From an uncultured Candidatus Micrarchaeota archaeon (lineage in GTDB: Archaea; Micrarchaeota; Micrarchaeia; Micrarchaeales; CABMGC01), in NCBI GenBank assembly GCA_963753785.1, contig CAVWDL010000005.1:6969-70968 (forward strand): a DNA stretch of 64,000 nucleotides, written 5' to 3'. Position 1 is the stretch's first letter. Every line of letters starts with the position of its first letter. Below the pieces are notes generated by a model. It was not told the DNA's origin and did not search any database. It was given only the letters and a program-made list of their open reading frames with translations. Shown here piece by piece: positions 31,353 through 40,613 of the stretch. Position numbers and translations under genes: made by a program.

Positions 31353-31880
31353 TTAGCCTGCTTTCGCCGAAAGGGTAGCAATTTCAGTATACTCAACAAT
31401 AGCACTGGAATTTCCTTGCGGAATGCAAATACTATTTCCCCCTAAGATATTCGTCACGCCCTTACTTTTTGTGTAACAAACCCAGAGACCACCGACGGTT
31501 GAGGTTCCTACTATAGTTTCTGGTTGTGATGCGAACAATATGCCTGAAGGTATTTTTATACTATGTCCTGAGTAAAAAGGAGTCGAATTAGGCACGGTAA
31601 CGAAGTTTACAGTAGGCATCCCCACAAGGGCGTAGGTCTCATTTGGAGCATAACCTATTGCCCAACCTGTCCAGGTTTGACCTGTGTTTTGCCTCACTAT
31701 GATGGTGAGATTTCCTGTATGATGAGAATAGAAAAGTTCAGTACAATAGAAGTTTGACTTTGCTGTGCAATTGACTCCTATTGCCCCTGGCACAGAAAAT
31801 AAGTTTATACTAACGAGGGCAAGAAATACCACAATTAGCAATGAAACCATAATCAAGACTATTTTGATGCCTTTCTTCAT
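31353..31880 (-). CDS. Small pilin-like exported protein (module B)
   Basis: TM helix, CTAKSNFYC...TGNLT...QNTGQTW; close paralog of 49547-50080. Confidence 0.75.
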   Translation of the reverse strand: MKKGIKIVLIMVSLLIVVFLALVSINLFSVPGAIGVNCTAKSNFYCTELFYSHHTGNLTIIVRQNTGQTWTGWAIGYAPNETYALVGMPTVNFVTVPNSTPFYSGHSIKIPSGILFASQPETIVGTSTVGGLWVCYTKSKGVTNILGGNSICIPQGNSSAIVEYTEIATLSAKAG

Positions 31881-31969
31881 TCCCTACCTCCGCATTCTGG
31901 TATGAAGCCAAACTTTAAAACCCTTTCTTAGGAGTTGGAGGTTGTTTGATAATTTTCAGTCACCTGTTC

Positions 31970-31992
31970 CGAGCCGCGCTGAAGCACGGCGA
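31970..31992. repeat. 23 bp hairpin motif, identical at 50170-50192
   Basis: cgagccgcgctgaagcacggcga at both sites; imperfect stem around GCTGAAGC. Confidence 0.8.
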
Positions 31993-32280
31993 GGCTATTT
32001 ATTCGATTCATGACGAGCCCTGCGGACAGCGAGCCCACGAGGACAAGAGAAGGTGCCGTGCAATCGTTACAATGCGTTTTCTCCAACTTCCTCTTCGCTG
32101 GGGTCACCCTCTCGGCTACGGCGACGCGTAGCCGACCGAGCTGCTGATGCTTGCTATGCAGTTATTGTTGCTGCTGGTTCTGTCGTAGCTGTTGTTGATT
32201 CTTGTTGTTTATGTTATGACGCTGGCTTTGCTGGACCTGTGCACGCCCAGCTCGCTCATCACACTACCAACCGACAGGGG

Positions 32281-32392
32281 CTGGAGCTTTCACTCCAGCT
32301 TGCCCTGCTCCTTGGTGTAGAGTATCAGCTCGGGATGCCTCCTAGGCATAGGGTTCGCCCTTATGCCGTGGACTGCCTTTATTCCCCTTTCT
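32281..32392 (-). repeat. Copy of the dnaG 3' end (40605-40716)
   Basis: Encodes ERGIKAVHGIRANPMPRRHPELILYTKEQGKLE* versus native EKGIKAVYGIRANPMPRRHPELILYTKEQGKLE*; most differences are synonymous. Confidence 0.95.
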
Positions 32393-32478
32393 CGAACGAA
32401 GTAGCGCTCCTGTGCAATGGTATTAAATCATATACAAGCCCATTACCATAGAATACAATTCGGATAAGGTCGAAACGA

Positions 32479-33672
32479 ATGAAGAGCGAGTACGAGAGGA
32501 TAAAGGAGATAAAGAGGCTCAAGTCGGTCAGGGGGTCGGGGACGCAGCTGATAAGCGTCTACATACCCGCCGGCTACCAGATAAGCGAGGAGGTAGCGAA
32601 GCTCAAGAGCGAGTATAGTACATCAGGCAACATAAAGTCGAGCAGCACGAGGGCGAACGTCCTCAGCGCGATCGACAAGATAATCCAGTACCTCAAGCTC
32701 TACAGGGAGACGCCGCCGAACGGACTCGTGATCTTCTCTGGCAACGTATCGAATGATCCTAGCAAGACGCAGATTGAGCTCTTCTCAATGGAGCCTCCGG
32801 AACCGCTCAAGGTCAACATCTACAGGTGCGACTCGAACTTCCTCCTTGAACCCATCGAGGAGATGATAGACACGAAGGACACCTACGCCCTGGTGGTCAT
32901 GGACGGAAGGGAGGCGACCATAGCGACCCTCAAGGGATCACACATACACATAGTCAAGCGAATTCACTCGATGGCCCACGCCAAGATGAAGAAGGGAGGC
33001 CAGAGCTCGGGAAGGTTCTCAAGGGCTAGGGAGGAGGACATAGCCGCCTACAGGACCCAGATAGGGGACAGCGTCAACGACATATTCATACAGGCCGAGT
33101 TCAAGCTAAAGGGCCTGATAGTAGGGGGGCCGGGGCCCGCGAAGGAGGATTTCGCGAAGGCGGGCAAGCTCAACTACCAGGTCAAGATACTCGGAGTCTT
33201 CGACACCGGCTACACGGACGAGACGGGCCTCAACGAGCTCATGGAGAAGGCGAGCGACCTTCTCAAGGAGCAGGAGGCGGCGCAGGAGAGGAGGGTTCTT
33301 GAGAGGTTCATGAAGGAGATATCCGTTGGCGCACTTGCGGTCTACGGATATGAGAAGACGAGGGTCGCCATGGCCAAGAACCAGGCGAGCACGCTCATAA
33401 TCAACAAGGAGGTGGAGCTCTACTTGGTGAAGTACAAGTGCAGCCTCTGCAACCAGACGATTGAGAGGATAGAGAGGGGGGAGGAGAGGCAGGCCAAGCA
33501 CGAGGACGGGGGCAGCCTGAGCGTGCTTGAGACCAAGGACGCGATAGAGGACCTGATTGACATGGCGGACAGGAACGGGGTCGAGACCATCTTCGTATCG
33601 AGCGAGAGCCCCCTCGGGAAGGAGTTCATAATGGGCTTCCAGGGAATTGCGGCACTCCTCAGGTACAAGTAG
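32479..33672 (+). CDS. prf1: Peptide chain release factor aRF1
   Basis: GTQLISVYIP, NIKS, YRCD and GGQS motifs. Confidence 0.97.
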   Translation: MKSEYERIKEIKRLKSVRGSGTQLISVYIPAGYQISEEVAKLKSEYSTSGNIKSSSTRANVLSAIDKIIQYLKLYRETPPNGLVIFSGNVSNDPSKTQIELFSMEPPEPLKVNIYRCDSNFLLEPIEEMIDTKDTYALVVMDGREATIATLKGSHIHIVKRIHSMAHAKMKKGGQSSGRFSRAREEDIAAYRTQIGDSVNDIFIQAEFKLKGLIVGGPGPAKEDFAKAGKLNYQVKILGVFDTGYTDETGLNELMEKASDLLKEQEAAQERRVLERFMKEISVGALAVYGYEKTRVAMAKNQASTLIINKEVELYLVKYKCSLCNQTIERIERGEERQAKHEDGGSLSVLETKDAIEDLIDMADRNGVETIFVSSESPLGKEFIMGFQGIAALLRYK

Positions 33673-33754
33673 ACTGCCACTACTCAGCACGCTGCGGACC
33701 CTTTTTAAAGCTGATGTTCGAAAGTATGCTGCAGTAAAATTTAGGGGTGCTGAA

Positions 33755-33988
33755 CTGGGGGAACGGGCATTTAGTTTATACGACATAGAACAATTTATCA
33801 GGGAGGCCGGTGCCGAGAGGGTAACTGAGGACGCTGTCCTGGACCTGGAACACGAGCTCGAGAAGCTCGCGGAGACGGTTGGCAACCGCGCGATAAAGTA
33901 CGCGGCTCACGCCGGAAGGCGCAGGCTCATCAACAAGAACGACGTGCTCCTTGCAAGGCCAAGCAAGAGCTACTACAGCAAGAGATAG
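33755..33988 (+). CDS. Archaeal histone (HMf-like fold), start uncertain
   Basis: IEQFIREAGAERVTEDAV...AIKYAAHAGRRRLINKNDVLLA; in-frame CTG at 33755 lies just after a GGGGTG Shine-Dalgarno-like motif. Confidence 0.85.
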   Translation: MGERAFSLYDIEQFIREAGAERVTEDAVLDLEHELEKLAETVGNRAIKYAAHAGRRRLINKNDVLLARPSKSYYSKR

Positions 33989-35013
33989 AACTTCATCGCG
34001 AAGGCAATAAGTACGAAGCCCAGTTCCACGAGGCACAGGATCGCTGTGATCTGCGGCTCGGTGAACCTGCCGGCGTTCATGACCCAGTGGGTCAGGCTGT
34101 AGAGCTTCTTTCCGTAAGGGGCCTTGAACGTTCCATCATTCTGCCTTATTCCTATGTCGGTGGTCTTGAACCTGCCCCTCAGGTGCAGGAAGAACTCGAC
34201 GGTCCAAGGCAGGAAGAGTATGAATCCGAAAGCCTCAGCCTGCCCCATAACCATTATGGCAACGAAAGTGGCACCTATGGCGTAGGTGAAGCTGTCCCCT
34301 GGAATCACCTTTGCCCGGTACATGTTGAACGGAAGGAACGCTATGAGAGAGGCAGCTAGCACCGCGGACAGGAACGCGCCCATGTAGTTTCCGAAGAACA
34401 CTGAGTACACGAGGAAACCGAGGCTTGCTATTAGCGCCATCCCTGGCTGGAGGCCATCGTAGCCCCCGAGGAGGTTGAATGCATTGGAAACGAAAACCAC
34501 CGCGAGCGGGATCACAATGAGGGGATAGAGTATCCCGAAGTCGACCGCGCCCACGAGCGGGAGGTTTATTGTGCTTACGCCTGCGTTTATCGCTATCAGG
34601 GGCAGGGCGCCTAGAACGGTAAGCAGCGGCTTCTGCCACTGCTCGAGACCCTTCTTATGGTCCATAAGGCCTGTGGTCATCACCTTCTTCGACTTCACGT
34701 TTATGTCGTCAAGGAACCCCACTAGTGCGATAAGAAGTATCGAGAGTGCGACAGCGAAGAGGTCGGAGATGCTGAGGACCGGCTTGAAGACGAAGTTCCC
34801 TCCGAATGAATAGACGAGTATTCCTGTTATTATTCCGAAGGCGACGGCGATACCGACGCTGCCCGGAAGACTCACCGGCTTCTCCTTGTTCTTGTCCTCG
34901 ATTATTATGCCTGACGAGTAGAGGTAGCCCATTATGAACCTGGTGCTCACGACTGTGACGAGGAATGTGATCAGCGCGGGTATTATCACAGTCTGGAATG
35001 TCTGGTAGGCCAT
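33973..35013 (-). CDS. UDP-GlcNAc:dolichol-phosphate GlcNAc-1-phosphate transferase (GPT/MraY-like)
   Basis: Multi-TM protein with GFLDD, NAFNLLGGYDGL and PGDSFTY motifs. Confidence 0.88.
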   Translation of the reverse strand: MAYQTFQTVIIPALITFLVTVVSTRFIMGYLYSSGIIIEDKNKEKPVSLPGSVGIAVAFGIITGILVYSFGGNFVFKPVLSISDLFAVALSILLIALVGFLDDINVKSKKVMTTGLMDHKKGLEQWQKPLLTVLGALPLIAINAGVSTINLPLVGAVDFGILYPLIVIPLAVVFVSNAFNLLGGYDGLQPGMALIASLGFLVYSVFFGNYMGAFLSAVLAASLIAFLPFNMYRAKVIPGDSFTYAIGATFVAIMVMGQAEAFGFILFLPWTVEFFLHLRGRFKTTDIGIRQNDGTFKAPYGKKLYSLTHWVMNAGRFTEPQITAILCLVELGFVLIAFAMKFYLLL

Positions 35014-35086
35014 GCTGACGCTTCTCTGCTCACTAATAAAAGCATTGCGCAGGTCGTCAGCGGCCGCGACATCGTTGGAGGGAGGC

Positions 35087-37636
35087 TCAGATCAAACCGT
35101 TGATGCGCATAAGCTCTATGTTCGCGCTTATGGTCTCAAGAGACATCCTAAGCTCGCGCTCCATGTCCTCGGTAATCATGCCCTTCCGCTTGAAGAAGGA
35201 GACTATCTCGCGTTTTGCGCGCTCGTCGGTCTGGGTGTTGAGCAATGAGGCGAATACCCTGCGCATGTGAGTTCCCGAAGGATACCTCTTCTGGAATGTC
35301 TTCCAGTTTCCAAGCGTCCATTGCAGCAGTAGCCTCTTCGCGAAAGGATTCGACGCTGAGACGACAGGTATGCGCGAAGCGTCCTGGTACCTGACGTTTT
35401 TGGAGAGCGTGAATTCCAATGCGGCACGTATCAGCTCTTCGCTGCGGAATGCGCCGAGAGAGCGCAGGAACCTGGTCTTATCCTCGGGATTCTTCTCTGA
35501 GAGGTACAGTTTCTTAAGAGTTTTGAAATCCGACCTGTCCCCGTTCGTCGCGACTGTGTTGAGGATGGCTCCCTTCATATTTGGAGTCATCGCCATCTTC
35601 CCGTTGATGTAGTCCTTGAATGCTTTCCTTGCCTTTTCGATTATCTCCTTGTTTCCTATGCGTCCCATCGTGGCGATCACAGAGCCTCTCAGGACGGCAT
35701 CGGTCGCGGAATCTTCTTTCTTCTCATTGAAGCCTATGCTTCCGAACAGCATGCCGCAGAAGTCATGAAGTATTCCCTTCACCTCTTCGCGAAGGGCCGA
35801 GTCGGGAAGCAGCGCATAGAAGAAGTTGAGGTGGGAAAGCAGGTTGCTGTTTACAGGATATCCGCAGCGCAGGCAGTAATCGGAGACGAATGAAAGATAT
35901 TCCTTGAGCGGGATCTTCCCTGATCTTGCGAATGAGAATAGGTCGTTCTCCACTCCCCACGCGTCCACATCGTCGATCTCGCCCGTTATTATGGCATTAC
36001 CTATTTCGCTGAGGAGACAGCGTTCATACCAAACCCTGTAGAAACCTCTTTGTCCGTAGTTCAGTTTTATGAACCTCTCTTTCTTGAGGTCAAACTCCAG
36101 CTCCTTGGAGGGCGATGAGAAAAGAAGATCGCCTTCCTTTCCGCTTCCGAGGACATAGCTCACGGGAATGAGCCATCTGCCCTTCGGTTCGTCCCTTCCG
36201 CTCATCATGAACCTTTTTTGTGACAGCGCGACTCCTCTTCTTGATTTTCTCACGTGAATCACAGGGTATCCCGCGGTGTTTATCCAGCATTTCGCGAACT
36301 CGCTCACCGTCTTCTCAAGCGACCTGTCTTTTGCCGCGATGTCTATCGACTCCCACAGGTCGTACTTTGTCGCGTTGGAATAGGAGTGCTTCTTGAGATA
36401 TTCATGGAGTCCTTTCCTGAACGCCTCCTTGCCGGCGTAGTCCTCGATCATGGAGAGTATCGCGCCGCCCTTGTCGTAGCTGATAGCATCGAATATGCTG
36501 TCGACCTCTCCGGGGCTGTTAACAACCACGCTTATCGGATGCGTCGCACTGAGCTGGTCCGCCGAAAGCGCGTTCGCCGTGTTCGAGGGGGTGTCGGACA
36601 GCACCTGCTTTTCCATCTCCCATTCAGGGAACAGGTCCGAAAGCGCCTTGTGGCTAAGGTATGTCGCAAAGCTCTCGTTGAGCCAGAGGTCGTCCCACCA
36701 CTTCATGGTAACCAGATCCCCGAACCATTGGTGCGTGATCTCGTGCGCGATCAGCTCCGCGACGTCCTGCTTCACTGCCATGGAAGAGCGCTCATCTGAC
36801 AGAAGCCTTAGCTCCCTTGCGGTTATGGCGCCCCAGTTCTCCATCGCCCCCGCGGCGAAGTCGGGGACCGCGATGAGGTCGAGCTTAGGAAGCGGATACT
36901 TTATTCCGAAGTACTTGTTGTAGAATGCGAGGGACTCCTTCGCATACGTAAGCGGGAGGGAGGTCAGTTTCTTCCTTCCGGGCACGGACATCACGCTTAG
37001 CCTTATGTCGCCGACGCTTCCGCTGGTGCGTTCGAAGTTTCCGACGCCCAAGTACAGCAGGTAGGAGGACATTCTCGGAGTCTCCTGGAAGGACACCTTC
37101 TTTTTCCCGCCGGCCATTTTGAGTTCGCTCTTTATCGGCATGTTTGAGATGCACTCGAGCCCCGAGTCAACAGTCATGGACACCGCGAACGATGCCTTGA
37201 GCTCGGGCTCGTCGAAGCAGGGGAAGCACCTCCTCGCATCCGCGGGCTCGAACTGTGTGGATAGCATGAACTTTTCCTTGGAGCCGTCGAGGTATCCGCT
37301 CCTGTAGAATCCGGCCATCTTGTCGTTGTGGATCCCGGAGAAGGCAATCCTTATCGTCGCATCTCCGAAAACGGGTTCGGGGATGCTCAGGAAGAGCAGC
37401 GACTTTTTCGCGTCGAGGCGGACACGGGCCCTCTGGCTCCTTCCCTTGCTCTCGACGTGCGCCTCGGATATCTCGAGTTCCAAGGCGTTCAGAATTATCT
37501 CTTTCGTCCTCTTCAGCATCTTCACTCGTATCTCTTCGCTTCCGCTGAACCTGAACGTCTTCGGATTGGGCTTGAAGTCCAGGACATATCTAATAGGGAT
37601 GGTTTCCCTCCCCAAAACGCTGCGCTTCTCAATCAT
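35087..37636 (-). CDS. pepN: M1-family aminopeptidase N
   Basis: TQFEPADARRCFPCFDEP, GAMENWG, HEITHQWFG...WLNESFA and YDKG motifs. Confidence 0.95.
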   Translation of the reverse strand: MIEKRSVLGRETIPIRYVLDFKPNPKTFRFSGSEEIRVKMLKRTKEIILNALELEISEAHVESKGRSQRARVRLDAKKSLLFLSIPEPVFGDATIRIAFSGIHNDKMAGFYRSGYLDGSKEKFMLSTQFEPADARRCFPCFDEPELKASFAVSMTVDSGLECISNMPIKSELKMAGGKKKVSFQETPRMSSYLLYLGVGNFERTSGSVGDIRLSVMSVPGRKKLTSLPLTYAKESLAFYNKYFGIKYPLPKLDLIAVPDFAAGAMENWGAITARELRLLSDERSSMAVKQDVAELIAHEITHQWFGDLVTMKWWDDLWLNESFATYLSHKALSDLFPEWEMEKQVLSDTPSNTANALSADQLSATHPISVVVNSPGEVDSIFDAISYDKGGAILSMIEDYAGKEAFRKGLHEYLKKHSYSNATKYDLWESIDIAAKDRSLEKTVSEFAKCWINTAGYPVIHVRKSRRGVALSQKRFMMSGRDEPKGRWLIPVSYVLGSGKEGDLLFSSPSKELEFDLKKERFIKLNYGQRGFYRVWYERCLLSEIGNAIITGEIDDVDAWGVENDLFSFARSGKIPLKEYLSFVSDYCLRCGYPVNSNLLSHLNFFYALLPDSALREEVKGILHDFCGMLFGSIGFNEKKEDSATDAVLRGSVIATMGRIGNKEIIEKARKAFKDYINGKMAMTPNMKGAILNTVATNGDRSDFKTLKKLYLSEKNPEDKTRFLRSLGAFRSEELIRAALEFTLSKNVRYQDASRIPVVSASNPFAKRLLLQWTLGNWKTFQKRYPSGTHMRRVFASLLNTQTDERAKREIVSFFKRKGMITEDMERELRMSLETISANIELMRINGLI

Positions 37637-37672
37637 GTCCGTGACTACTACGTTGAAGTTTAAATATTGCAG

Positions 37673-38248
37673 TCACGCCGAGTTCCAGAGCTTCCAGAAT
37701 TGCTCCTTCAGCTCGGCGATCTTCCTCTCGTCGCGCGTGACGCTGATCTGCTCTATGTTCTTGTGCATCCCGCTGTAGGTGAGGTTCGCGGATCCCTCTA
37801 TCGCGGCAGAGTCGCCGACGTACAGCTTCGCGTGAACGAACTCCTTCGGCGCCTTCAGCTTGATCTTCCTCCTCGAGGATAGCGAGAGAATATAATATGC
37901 GAGCGCGACGGAGAGGGACAGCAGGGCGAAGGTCGATGAGAACTTTCCGAGTATGAGGATGACCAGGTTCATGGATGACGCAGTCCACACGAGCGCGTTC
38001 GCCCCGGGCATGTTGTTGGCGGTGAGCTTCCTCGCTGCGCTCTGCGCTATCGAGGACGAGAGAAGGTAGATCCTCTTCCCGCGAGAGTGCCTAAGAAGGA
38101 ACCTCGCATAGTAATCGTCGATGTAGGGGGAGACTATCAGCAGGTTGCGCTCCGACTTGATGAGCTTGTCCACGTGCACGTAGGAGCTGCTGCCGTAGTA
38201 GGAGACGTTCTCCTTCTTGAACAGGTCCAACAATCCCATGGGGGGCAT
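37673..38248 (-). CDS. Phospholipase D-like domain protein with internal TM hairpin
   Basis: IVSPYI and HAKLYVGD...GSANLT (single HxKxxxxD motif), with two hydrophobic helices between them. Confidence 0.8.
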   Translation of the reverse strand: MPPMGLLDLFKKENVSYYGSSSYVHVDKLIKSERNLLIVSPYIDDYYARFLLRHSRGKRIYLLSSSIAQSAARKLTANNMPGANALVWTASSMNLVILILGKFSSTFALLSLSVALAYYILSLSSRRKIKLKAPKEFVHAKLYVGDSAAIEGSANLTYSGMHKNIEQISVTRDERKIAELKEQFWKLWNSA

Positions 38249-38326
38249 TACCTGCCAAGAAATAAATCAGTGTATGCCCAGCGGGGGCACGTTTAATAAT
38301 CCACTTTGAGAGTATCATCGGAGTAC

Positions 38327-39271
38327 ATGGGCACAAGGGAAGCGATGGAGATCGGATTCCTGAAGGATGAGATACTCGATTCCGAGGTCTACGCGAAGCT
38401 CGCGGATAGCGAGAGCAATTCCGACGTGAAGCGGCTGCTCTATGAACTGTCGGAAACGGAGAAAGGGCACGCCGCCATATGGAGGGGGCTCCTCGGCGAG
38501 CGCGGGAAGAAGGTGGGCGGTCCGGCACTCATGAGGCTTCAGATACTCGAGATGCAGACAATCAGAAGGCTTCTCGGTGTCGCATTCCTAGTCAAGTTCC
38601 TCGAAAGGCATGAGAAGGAGGGGCTGGCGAACTACGAATCCTCCCTCAGCAAGCACACGTTCAGGGGAAATGAGGGGAAGCAGATAGAGAGCATACTCAG
38701 GGACGAGGAGAGCCACGAGACCGCTTTCGCGCTCAAGGCGGAGAAGTACAAGGGAAACCTCGAGTACACCCAGTCGATAATATTCGGCCTAAACGACGGC
38801 CTTGTAGAGATACTCGCCGTTGTCGCGGGGCTGGCCACAGTGGCGACGGGAAGCTTCATAGTAGTCATACTCGGGATGATAGCAGGGATCTCAGGGACTC
38901 TCTCGATGGCTGGAGGCGCATACCTGTCGGCGAAGTCGGAGGGGCTTGTCGAGAGCGGAGTAGGGAAGATGAAGAAGAAGGCGGGGCTCCTACCCGAGAA
39001 GGAGGCCTACAACACGGGCTTGTGGTATTTCGTCGGCGCGCTGCTTGCGGTGATACCGTTCATGGCTGGCATCGGGGGTGTCGCGGGAGTGCTGCTGTCC
39101 ACGCTCTTCGTCTGCGTGGCCCTGACGATAGTCTCCTCGATAATAGCGATCATAAGCGGAACCAGCGTGAAGAGGAGGGTCTTCGAGATGCTCGCCATCT
39201 CCCTTGGGGCGGCGGTCGTGACAGTACTCTTTGGCACTTTCGCCAAAATGTACTTAGGAGTAAGCGTCTAG
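38327..39271 (+). CDS. Ferritin-like/rubrerythrin domain fused to a VIT1/CCC1 iron transporter
   Basis: ExxH motifs (EKGH, EESH) followed by IIFGLNDGLVE...SMAGGAYLSAKSE. Confidence 0.9.
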   Translation: MGTREAMEIGFLKDEILDSEVYAKLADSESNSDVKRLLYELSETEKGHAAIWRGLLGERGKKVGGPALMRLQILEMQTIRRLLGVAFLVKFLERHEKEGLANYESSLSKHTFRGNEGKQIESILRDEESHETAFALKAEKYKGNLEYTQSIIFGLNDGLVEILAVVAGLATVATGSFIVVILGMIAGISGTLSMAGGAYLSAKSEGLVESGVGKMKKKAGLLPEKEAYNTGLWYFVGALLAVIPFMAGIGGVAGVLLSTLFVCVALTIVSSIIAIISGTSVKRRVFEMLAISLGAAVVTVLFGTFAKMYLGVSV

Positions 39272-39336
39272 GCCAGCGAGAAGCAATAAGAATATTCCTT
39301 TCTCATAATATAGATAACAAGCCGGGGGGATTGTTT

Positions 39337-40470
39337 TTGGAAGCGAAGAACAAGCAGGAACAGAAGGACAAAGCGCTAAGGCTGCTGAGCGTAGACGCAA
39401 GGATAAGCATGCAGGAGCTCGCGAACAAGCTCGGCACGACGAAGGCCAACGCCTACGGCGTATTCAACGAGGTCCTCGACGAGTACGGCATGCAGTTCGT
39501 CCCCGAGATAAGCATCGACAAGCTCTGGAAGTGGGAGTTCATAAAGAAGGCCAGGCTCAGGACGAAGAGGGGAATAATAGCGGAGGCGGAGGAGGAACTG
39601 CCTCTCACCGGATTCAGCGAATACATCATACGCATAAAGTTTTTCGGAAAGCAGCCGAGCGACGAGGAGATAACGAAGGCGATAGGCACCTCCTACATAC
39701 CCCAGTTCGCCGCGAGGACGACTGGGGAGTGCGACCTCCTCATATACGCGGTCGCGAGGAGCTACGAGGACGCCCTCATGTTCACGGGATCCATCAACAA
39801 GAGCCTCGGGAAGTACGACATGCTCGCATACACGGACAGGGCGTGGAGCTGCTTCGGGTTCTTCCCTGTCAGCAACAAGCTGATAGAGCAGTTCGACATC
39901 TTCGACACTTACAAGAACCTCCTGTTCGGGCTCAACGGCGCAGGAAGGAACACGTTCACCGAGATAGGCAAGAAGTTCAACCAGGGACCCGCCCAGATGC
40001 TCTACGCCTATGACAGGCTGGCCAAGACGGAGATACTAAAGCGCGTCACATACTTCGAGTCCAAACCCAAGACCGTGATAAACGCGGCCGCGATAATAAG
40101 GGTCAGGAACATCAACGATTACGAGAAGGAGCTGAACGTCTGGTACATGAAGCTCGTCAAGGATTACGAGAAGAGCGAGAACGAGTGCGTCTACATGTGC
40201 GACATCGCGAACCCGAAGGGCACCCTTGTTCTCGCGGGCTTCCACACCAAGGATAAGGCCAACAAGTTCTTCTCAGCGATAAGGTCGAACCTGAAGGGGG
40301 TCGAGGTCAGCAGGATAGACCTCACCAAGGTGGTGATGGGCAACATGGGCATGAGGGACTTCGACATGCGCTACACCTGGCAGTACAAGTGTCTAGAGCG
40401 AAAGAAGCTCGTGCCGTCGATGAGGGAGAGGCTACAGGAGATCCCTGTCGAGAACCCGGACAACTTCTGA
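39337..40470 (+). CDS. Lrp/AsnC-family transcriptional regulator (long, apparently duplicated-domain form)
   Basis: LRLLSVDARISMQELANKLG HTH, TTGECDLLI, and a second HTH-like segment GRNTFTEIGKK; TTG start. Confidence 0.75.
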   Translation: MEAKNKQEQKDKALRLLSVDARISMQELANKLGTTKANAYGVFNEVLDEYGMQFVPEISIDKLWKWEFIKKARLRTKRGIIAEAEEELPLTGFSEYIIRIKFFGKQPSDEEITKAIGTSYIPQFAARTTGECDLLIYAVARSYEDALMFTGSINKSLGKYDMLAYTDRAWSCFGFFPVSNKLIEQFDIFDTYKNLLFGLNGAGRNTFTEIGKKFNQGPAQMLYAYDRLAKTEILKRVTYFESKPKTVINAAAIIRVRNINDYEKELNVWYMKLVKDYEKSENECVYMCDIANPKGTLVLAGFHTKDKANKFFSAIRSNLKGVEVSRIDLTKVVMGNMGMRDFDMRYTWQYKCLERKKLVPSMRERLQEIPVENPDNF

Positions 40471-40564
40471 AGAGCATGACACAGTATTTCTATTCCGTTA
40501 GCTTGCAGGATGAGAAAAGGAATGGTTCGCACAGTATGCCCTGCCCGTGAAGTAAATTTGTTGA

Positions 40565-40594
40565 GGGGGCGGCTCTATAAGAAGAGCCGTCCCC
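40565..40594. terminator. GC-rich hairpin between the convergent AsnC-family gene and dnaG
   Basis: GGGGGCGGCTCT-ATAAGA-AGAGCCGTCCCC, a 12 bp stem with one G-T pair. Confidence 0.5.
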
Positions 40595-40613
40595 TGCATG
40601 CAGACTGGAGCTT

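Noticed and set aside
32040-32235. Extra segment in the module B flank with a TCGGCTACG/CGTAGCCGA hairpin and a (T/G)-rich tract
   Set aside because: It is absent from the module C flank and has no convincing ORF or second copy, so I cannot support a call.
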